A DNA stretch of 64,000 bases from Spirochaetales bacterium (GTDB lineage Bacteria > Spirochaetota > Spirochaetia > JABEVK01), in contig JBAXAI010000010.1 in the NCBI GenBank assembly GCA_037142615.1, forward strand, positions 32,001 through 96,000, given 5' to 3'. Positions 58,141 to 64,000 of the stretch are shown here, one piece after another; positions within the stretch are counted from its first letter, which is position 1; each line of letters starts with the position of its first letter. Below the pieces are notes generated by a model. It was not told the DNA's origin. It searched no databases and saw only the letters and a program-made list of their open reading frames with translations. The translations under genes were made by a program, and so were the position numbers.

Positions 58141-58454
58141 TCCTTGCTGATCCGCATCACCACGTCCTTGGGGAGCGCGAGGACGCAAGCCACTTCGATG
58201 CCTTTGAGGATGGCTGCCGGGACGGGGCAGGCGGCGTGGTGGCAGTGAAGCCTCGCCGCCTTGGCCACCGTCGAACTACCCCATTTGCCGAGCACTTCGG
58301 TATAGCCATCGAGTTCCTGCAGGTCGGCCTCCATGGCCTTAATGGCCTCGCAGTCGGAGGTGAGGCTGACTTTGACCTGCAGGTCGTCATCGGCGACGGC
58401 CGTGATTTCGGTGGTGAACCCGCAGATTCCAGGTTCAACGTGCACGTGTGCCAT
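58137..58454 (-). CDS. DUF6951 family protein
   Basis: PGICGF, SDC, HCHHAACPVPAAILKGIEVA..LALP. Confidence 0.75.
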   Translation of the reverse strand: MAHVHVEPGICGFTTEITAVADDDLQVKVSLTSDCEAIKAMEADLQELDGYTEVLGKWGSSTVAKAARLHCHHAACPVPAAILKGIEVACVLALPKDVVMRISKE

Positions 58455-58465
58455 GGACTTCTCCT

Positions 58466-59668
58466 TTACGACCCACCGGCTTGTTGGTTTCCCGCTTGCC
58501 GGAACTTGCCCGGCGACTGGCCGGTGACTTTCTTGAACACCCGGTTGAAGTAGCTTTGGTCCTCAAACCCGACCAGACCCGCGACGACCACCAAGGGGAT
58601 GGAGCGGTCGGCCAGCAGGCGTTTGCTTTTTTCGATGCGCACGTCGCTCAAAAAGGCGACAAAACTGGTCTTGAGCTCTTCTTTGAACACCCGGCTGAAA
58701 TAGCTGGGGCTCAGGTACACCTGCGCGGCCACCGCTTCGAGCGACAGTTTTTGCGCGTAGTTCAGCCGGATGTAGCGCACGGCCTTCTGGATGATGTCGG
58801 CGTGCTTGACGGCCTTGAGCACGAACATGCAGTCGGCGAAGCGGCGCACCACGCGCGCCAAAATGGTCTCGAGGTCATCGATGCTGCGGGCCAACTGAAG
58901 GCGCTGCATCCAGTTCTCGCTGATACCGAACACCTCTTCGGCCGACGCGCCGCCCTCGACCGCCGCCCGAGAAAGCAACACCAGCAACTCTTGCGCCCGC
59001 AGGCGCACGGTGGCGATCTTTTGACCTGAGAAGAAGAACACGTGGCCCAAAATGTCGTTCACCAGCGCGCGGGCTTCGTCGTGGTTGCCGTTCGAAAGCA
59101 GAGCGATGAGCTCTTTTTCTTTTTCGAACGGGTACGTGGGCGGAAGTTCGGCGCCGGTGTCGGGGTACCAACTGGTGGGCCTTTGCAACGGCTGGGGCTC
59201 GGCTTCGGGCGCCAGTCGGTGGCGCAGTTCGGCCACCAGGCGGTAGAGCACCTCGGCGAGCGCCGTCGCACGCGCGGGCTGCAGGTAGGGAACCAGACGC
59301 AGCTCGTCTTCCAACTGATCCAACCCTTTGAGCTTGAGGTCGGTAAGCATTTCCTCGGGTTCCAGCAGCAGAACTGGGCCGCCAACCACCACCGCTTGGA
59401 CTTCGGCGTTCACAGTCAACGGTATAGACCAATGGAGCAAATTGTTGGGGCAAAAGTAGATGTACTTGCCACCGAAGCGCTCGGCCTGGTAGGCGCCGTA
59501 CTGGTGGGCCTTGCTGCACTCCGACCGGTGCCCGGGCAGAGCGTGCTGCATAGCGCGGCAAAACCGGCACCCCCCCGCTTGGCCGAGCTGGTCCTTGTCA
59601 AACACTTGGCAGTCGACGCCGCAGGCTTCGCGGTAACTGCGAACCAGGTTCTCCAGTTCAGTCGTCAT
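58466..59668 (-). CDS. PocR ligand-binding domain + AraC HTH regulator
   Basis: CRFC...C...YFCPNNL...VVGGPVL (PocR cysteines); YLSPSYFSRVFK, GFEDQSYFNRVFKK. Confidence 0.9.
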   Translation of the reverse strand: MTTELENLVRSYREACGVDCQVFDKDQLGQAGGCRFCRAMQHALPGHRSECSKAHQYGAYQAERFGGKYIYFCPNNLLHWSIPLTVNAEVQAVVVGGPVLLLEPEEMLTDLKLKGLDQLEDELRLVPYLQPARATALAEVLYRLVAELRHRLAPEAEPQPLQRPTSWYPDTGAELPPTYPFEKEKELIALLSNGNHDEARALVNDILGHVFFFSGQKIATVRLRAQELLVLLSRAAVEGGASAEEVFGISENWMQRLQLARSIDDLETILARVVRRFADCMFVLKAVKHADIIQKAVRYIRLNYAQKLSLEAVAAQVYLSPSYFSRVFKEELKTSFVAFLSDVRIEKSKRLLADRSIPLVVVAGLVGFEDQSYFNRVFKKVTGQSPGKFRQAGNQQAGGS

Positions 59669-61247
59669 CACCGGGATCCTCCGGGAACAGCATAGCCTCG
59701 GCGAAAGCCATTTGGAACTCGGGTTCGGCCGAAAGATCGACGGCGGCGGTGGCCTTGGCAATGGCCAGGGCCCGGTCGAGGGCCAGCGGCTCTGCAAGTA
59801 CAGCGAGCGCTCCCTTGAGCGCGGTGTTGCCCGAGGGCACCACTTTCCCCCGAAGGGCTTGCGGAAGCAGACCAATGGCAAGCGCCGACGCCGGCCGCAA
59901 AAAGGTTCCAAAGCCGCCAGCCAGGTGCACGCGCGAAATCTGCTCCAGGGCGACGGCGCTCTTGAGGCACAGAACTTCGATGCCGGCGGCGATGGCCCCC
60001 TTGGCCAGCTGCAGCTGACGGATATCGGCCTGGCTGAGGCACACCGGCGAGGCGGCGTCGGGGAAGAAATCGTCGCCTTCAGCCAGCTCCAGATACCCGG
60101 TTTCGTCGAGTTGGCCGCCCCGACGGAGGGCGGCCGCCAGGTCGAGCAGGCCCGAGCCGCAGATGCCGGTCAGGGGCTTGTCGCCAATCGTGGTGTACCA
60201 AAACTCGCCGGCCGTATCACCGGTGGCCGAGGTCCAGCCCGCATGGTCGAGCGCTCCGGGTACGCCGGGACAGCCGTGGGCAATCTGCGCGCCTTCGAAG
60301 GCCGGGCCGGCGGCGGTGGCTGTGGACTTCATTCCGTGGCGGTTGCCGAGCACCATTTCGCCGTTGGTACCGATATCGAGCAGCAGCTCCAACTCTTCGG
60401 CCTGGTCGAGCCCGGTGGCAAGCACCCCGGCCGTGAGGTCGGCCCCCACAAACGCCGAAATGCCGGGCAGAAGTTGCACGGTGCAAGTGGCAGGAAGCGC
60501 AAGGCCCAACGACGGAGCAGGCGTGACTCTCGGCTCCAGAAACACCGGCCGGAAGGGAACCCTGGCCATGCCCGTGGGATCGGCCCCGGCGAACAGGTGT
60601 AGCATCACGGTGTTGCCCGCGACCACGATCCCATCGAGCTCCGAAGGCATGCGCCCGGCGGCGTCGAGCTGCTCGGTGATCAAGTTTTGGATCTGCCCCG
60701 CGACCGCGCGACGCATGGCCTCGAGGGCCTCGGGGTGATCGATCACCGACTGGATGCGCGCCACCACGTCGGAACCCCAGGTTTTTTGGGCGTTGGCGGC
60801 GGTGCGCACCGAAAGCACCCGGCTGGCGGCCACATCGACCAGGGCGACTGCCAGGGTGGTGGTACCGATATCGACCGCCACGCTCAGCGGTCGGCCCGAA
60901 GTTTGGGCGGCGGCACGCAGCGCCGGGTCAACGTCAATCGTCAACTGCTCCTGCGGCACGGCGATGCCGTCGTCCCCCGCAGCCAGTTCCACCCACCCTT
61001 CATGCTCAAAACGCGCCAAGCACGCCAAACGCACACCGCGAGCCCGCTCGACCTCGCTCAGGTGACGCAGTTCCAGCGGGTCCGCGAGGCTCAACGGCGA
61101 GGCAGCGACCGCGGAAGAGGGACAGACCTCGACGCGGCACTTGCCGCACGAGCCTCGGCCCGCGCAGGGAGCCCTCAAAGCGTGATCGTTCCCCCGAAGC
61201 ACTTCGAGGAGGGTCTGGCCGGCCTGGCCGTGGACGCGAAGGTTCAT
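59658..61247 (-). CDS. Reductive activator of corrinoid enzymes (RACE/RACo, ASKHA ATPase with 2Fe-2S domain)
   Basis: CAGRGSCGKC...RLAC, DIGTTT, GSDVVARI, FVGAD, DIGTNGE, AGPAFEG, GICGSG, LAGGFG. Confidence 0.93.
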   Translation of the reverse strand: MNLRVHGQAGQTLLEVLRGNDHALRAPCAGRGSCGKCRVEVCPSSAVAASPLSLADPLELRHLSEVERARGVRLACLARFEHEGWVELAAGDDGIAVPQEQLTIDVDPALRAAAQTSGRPLSVAVDIGTTTLAVALVDVAASRVLSVRTAANAQKTWGSDVVARIQSVIDHPEALEAMRRAVAGQIQNLITEQLDAAGRMPSELDGIVVAGNTVMLHLFAGADPTGMARVPFRPVFLEPRVTPAPSLGLALPATCTVQLLPGISAFVGADLTAGVLATGLDQAEELELLLDIGTNGEMVLGNRHGMKSTATAAGPAFEGAQIAHGCPGVPGALDHAGWTSATGDTAGEFWYTTIGDKPLTGICGSGLLDLAAALRRGGQLDETGYLELAEGDDFFPDAASPVCLSQADIRQLQLAKGAIAAGIEVLCLKSAVALEQISRVHLAGGFGTFLRPASALAIGLLPQALRGKVVPSGNTALKGALAVLAEPLALDRALAIAKATAAVDLSAEPEFQMAFAEAMLFPEDPGDDD

Positions 61248-61253
61248 CGTCAC

Positions 61254-61306
61254 AGCCTAGCGCCCGCCGCGCGGACTGTCTTGCACATTGGCTTTATTCT
61301 TGGGAC
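61254..61306 (-). promoter_or_regulatory. Putative PocR-AraC operator/promoter of the RACE operon
   Basis: GTCCCAA-N13-GTGCAA-N21-TAGGCT-N6-ATG. Confidence 0.75.
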
Positions 61307-62313
61307 TTTTCGGGCAAGGTCGGCACGTAGATGTAGCCCGGATCGGTTTTCTGTTTTTTGCGGATTTCGAACAAGAGCCTCAGCCCGGCCCAGAGGCTTT
61401 TCTGGCTCGGGGGCAGATCGTAGGCAATGGCCCGGTGCAGCTTACCCTCGTTGTAGCACGGGACGGCCGCGTACATGTGGTGCGCGGTGTGATAGTTCAT
61501 GTTCCAGTACAACCATCGGGTGATGGGGCCACCGGTGAACGAATGGCACACCAGCCGCCAGTCGGGGGTGCTGTCGCCCAGACCGGTGTGCTGCATGGCC
61601 CCGCAGAGTTTGCCGTACCAGCTGGCAAAGAACACCCCAAAGGTCACCAGGTAGATGAGCACCCAGAGTTGAAAGTAAATGAAGACTCCCAGCAGGATCA
61701 GATGGCTGAGCAGCATGAATCTCGCCCACCCCACCATTTGCCCTCGGCGCTTGTCGCCCTTCTCAAACAGGGGATTCCAAAAGAAGTAGTCCGCGTCGGC
61801 TTTACCGAAGGTGTGCATCACCGCCAAACCGAACCACGACCGAAACTGAGTCCAGTCAAAGGTGAACCACTGCAGCAGGTTCCAGAAGTTCAGTTTGTCT
61901 TTCACCGGGCCCTGCACGACTTCCTTGTCGGGGTCCTTGAACACCGTCAGTTGGTGATGCAGCCCGTGGCTGGCGCGAAAGTGGACGGGGTTGTTCCAGG
62001 TCATCCAGCAGAACAAATGGTAGAAAAATTCGTTCAGGGCCTTGGTCTTGAACATGGTGCCGTGGCTGAGTTCGTGAACCCCGGCGGCCATGCTGAAGAA
62101 CATGAGGAAGGTCGAGTGGACGTAGCAGGCGACGACCATGGGCACCCACATCTGATTGACAAAGAAATAGAGCGCAGCCGATATCGTGACGACCCAGCCC
62201 AGCAGAAAGCTCAGCGTCTTGCGTAGCCCCTTGAAGTCGCTCTTGGTGGCCAGCTCCTTGAGCAGCGCCTTGTCGACCGGAGTCCGGTACCACTCGATTT
62301 TTTTGGGATCCAT
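61294..62313 (-). CDS. Membrane di-iron oxygenase, fatty-acid-desaturase superfamily, MocD (rhizopine oxygenase)-like
   Basis: His boxes HELSH, HGLHH, QH, NYHTAHH; WYRTPV...SD N-terminus and LYWNMNYH resemble MocD. Confidence 0.8.
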   Translation of the reverse strand: MDPKKIEWYRTPVDKALLKELATKSDFKGLRKTLSFLLGWVVTISAALYFFVNQMWVPMVVACYVHSTFLMFFSMAAGVHELSHGTMFKTKALNEFFYHLFCWMTWNNPVHFRASHGLHHQLTVFKDPDKEVVQGPVKDKLNFWNLLQWFTFDWTQFRSWFGLAVMHTFGKADADYFFWNPLFEKGDKRRGQMVGWARFMLLSHLILLGVFIYFQLWVLIYLVTFGVFFASWYGKLCGAMQHTGLGDSTPDWRLVCHSFTGGPITRWLYWNMNYHTAHHMYAAVPCYNEGKLHRAIAYDLPPSQKSLWAGLRLLFEIRKKQKTDPGYIYVPTLPEKSQE

Positions 62314-62347
62314 GTTGATTCTCCTTCTTGAACCAAGGCTCTCGCCT

Positions 62348-64000
62348 CTAGGCCGTCTTGAACTTCTGGATGGCGCCGTCCAGGTTGCCCGCAATCACTC
62401 CAATGCCGTCGGCCTGCTCCGACACCTGACGGATGGTTCCCGAGATGTCGCTCAGGCCGGTGCCGATTTCGCCGATGTTCGAAACCACCTCTTGCGACAC
62501 GCGCCGAACCTCTCCCATCACCTTTTGAACGGCTCCGCTGGATTGCAGAACCTGAACGGCTTCTTCGGTGATCTTGAGAGAACCCGACTTGAGTTCGCTC
62601 ATCGCCTCGAGCACATGCTGACTCCCCACTTGCATCTCATTCACATTGCCATGGATTTCGCGAACCGAGCGGCTGACTTCGCCAATCCGCCTCGTGATCA
62701 CCTCAAAGGCCTGACTCGTCGTTTCGCGGGTACTGCCAGCCTCTTTCATCTTGCTCAGAATCGTGCGGATGACTCGGGCTATGTCGTCGGAGCTGGTTCG
62801 GGCGGCCTGGGCCAGCTTGGTGATTTCGTCGGCGACCACCGCGAAACCTTTGCCAAACTCTCCGGCGTGCGCAGCCTCGATGGCGGCGTTCATGGCTAGA
62901 ATCTGGGTCTGGCCGGCGATGCCCGAAATTACGTCGGCCATCTCTTGAATCGACCCGACACTCTCGGTGATTTCAGCCACTTTTTCAAAGGCCGCATTGA
63001 AGACCTCGCGACCGCCATCCGCCTCGCGCACCAAGCTTTCGGCCGACCTCTGGTCGCGCTCGGTAAGCAGCGAGATGTTGCCGATCGAGGTGAGCACCTG
63101 GGTCACCGAGCCCACGGAATCCTCGACAAGCGAATTCTGATTCCGGATGGCCAGAGTGAACCGGTCCAAGGCACCCAGAATGTTGTCCATGTCGGACGAA
63201 GACACAGCAATCATGTGGTCCATGGTTTCCATCTGCGAACGAATCGACGACGAGTTGGCCTCGATCTCGACTGAAGAACTGGAGGCTTCGGTTACGGCCC
63301 TGACCAGTTCCTCCCTGAGCGCCAGGTTGTGCCGGGAGGCCTGCTGAATCGTCGACAACGAACCATTCAAACTGTCGAGCAGATCGTCGAGCTTACGCCC
63401 CAGAATTCCGATCTCGTCGCGCCGTTTGAGCCGAAGGCGCTGAGTGAAGTCGCCCGCACTCATCAAAGTGATGTTTTTGTCGACGGCGCGAAACGATAGC
63501 GTGATGCTCCTTGTGAGCGAAAGCGACAGGGTCAAAGTGACAACAAGAAGCAGAATCACCGCTCCAAGACTGATCCAGGTTGCCCTTGACTGCAAGGCGC
63601 TGACTTCGCCAAAAATGACGGCGTCTTTTTCCTTGATGACCTTCACAGTCGTGACAAACAGATCATTGAGGTTCGTTAAGTTGTTAAGCAGGGAACCCGT
63701 GTGGAACATGGCCAACCCGCTGGTGTCGTCGGTATTCTTGAGCAGATTGACGACAATGAAGTCGTCCGAAACCCCTTGGTAAAGTTCCTTGGCGTCGGCT
63801 TCCAAGTCGGCCAAGTTCCCCGCAACCTGCTCGAGCCCGTCGGCCGAAAGGGAACCCAAGTCCTTCACAGCGGTCACGGCCTGCTTGAGAGTCTCGCTGA
63901 CCGTGGGCAACAGGGTTACGGTGTCCATTTCTTTCAAAGCAAGCTGAAAGTTGGCGACCGAATCGCGGAACCTCTTCACTTGCGTTTCAAACCCCGAAGT
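62348..64000 (-). CDS. Methyl-accepting chemotaxis protein (5' end beyond the window)
   Basis: TM helix, HAMP (RRDEIG), ILAMNAAIEAAHAGEFGKGFAVVADEI. Confidence 0.93.
   Translation of the reverse strand, partial: TSGFETQVKRFRDSVANFQLALKEMDTVTLLPTVSETLKQAVTAVKDLGSLSADGLEQVAGNLADLEADAKELYQGVSDDFIVVNLLKNTDDTSGLAMFHTGSLLNNLTNLNDLFVTTVKVIKEKDAVIFGEVSALQSRATWISLGAVILLLVVTLTLSLSLTRSITLSFRAVDKNITLMSAGDFTQRLRLKRRDEIGILGRKLDDLLDSLNGSLSTIQQASRHNLALREELVRAVTEASSSSVEIEANSSSIRSQMETMDHMIAVSSSDMDNILGALDRFTLAIRNQNSLVEDSVGSVTQVLTSIGNISLLTERDQRSAESLVREADGGREVFNAAFEKVAEITESVGSIQEMADVISGIAGQTQILAMNAAIEAAHAGEFGKGFAVVADEITKLAQAARTSSDDIARVIRTILSKMKEAGSTRETTSQAFEVITRRIGEVSRSVREIHGNVNEMQVGSQHVLEAMSELKSGSLKITEEAVQVLQSSGAVQKVMGEVRRVSQEVVSNIGEIGTGLSDISGTIRQVSEQADGIGVIAGNLDGAIQKFKTA

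Noticed and set aside
58466-59668. PocR implying a pdu/diol dehydratase microcompartment locus
   Set aside because: No BMC shell, diol dehydratase or glycyl-radical genes in the window.

Overview
GC-rich bacterial chromosomal window; a free-living spirochaete is a reasonable guess from the FlgD-Ig-repeat/OmpA protein, but this is inference. It holds about 58 genes and no rRNA, tRNA, CRISPR or transposase. Most of it (about 13.8-50.4 kb) is a deoxy-sugar catabolic region: rhaSTPQ-type ABC transporter, rhaB, rhaM, rhaA, two class II aldolases, fucU, fucI, a second FGGY kinase, a third isomerase, a second sugar ABC system with a YesMN-type regulator, and a yphC-like operon. Directly next to it (51-62.3 kb) is the best candidate for an undescribed system, a cobalamin-dependent methyl-transfer module. 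It comprises a corrinoid protein, a UroD/MtaA-family methyltransferase co-transcribed with a sugar TIM-barrel enzyme, a RACE/ASKHA activator, DUF6951, DUF2284, BtuFCD behind a minimal B12 riboswitch, and a PocR-AraC regulator. A conserved operator found by eye in front of three promoters ties these genes together, and an O2-dependent MocD-like (rhizopine demethylase-type) oxygenase lies alongside. My hypothesis is aerobic plus anaerobic O-demethylation of methylated sugars. Other non-coding signals: about 14 operon-leading genes look leaderless; four AraC promoters share near-identical geometry; a ~145-bp palindromic repeat family has conserved loops and covarying stems; a toxin-antitoxin islet is inserted into the 3' end of DUF2284. 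Family assignments come from motif recognition, not database searches. Start codons were corrected relative to the ORF track where needed.
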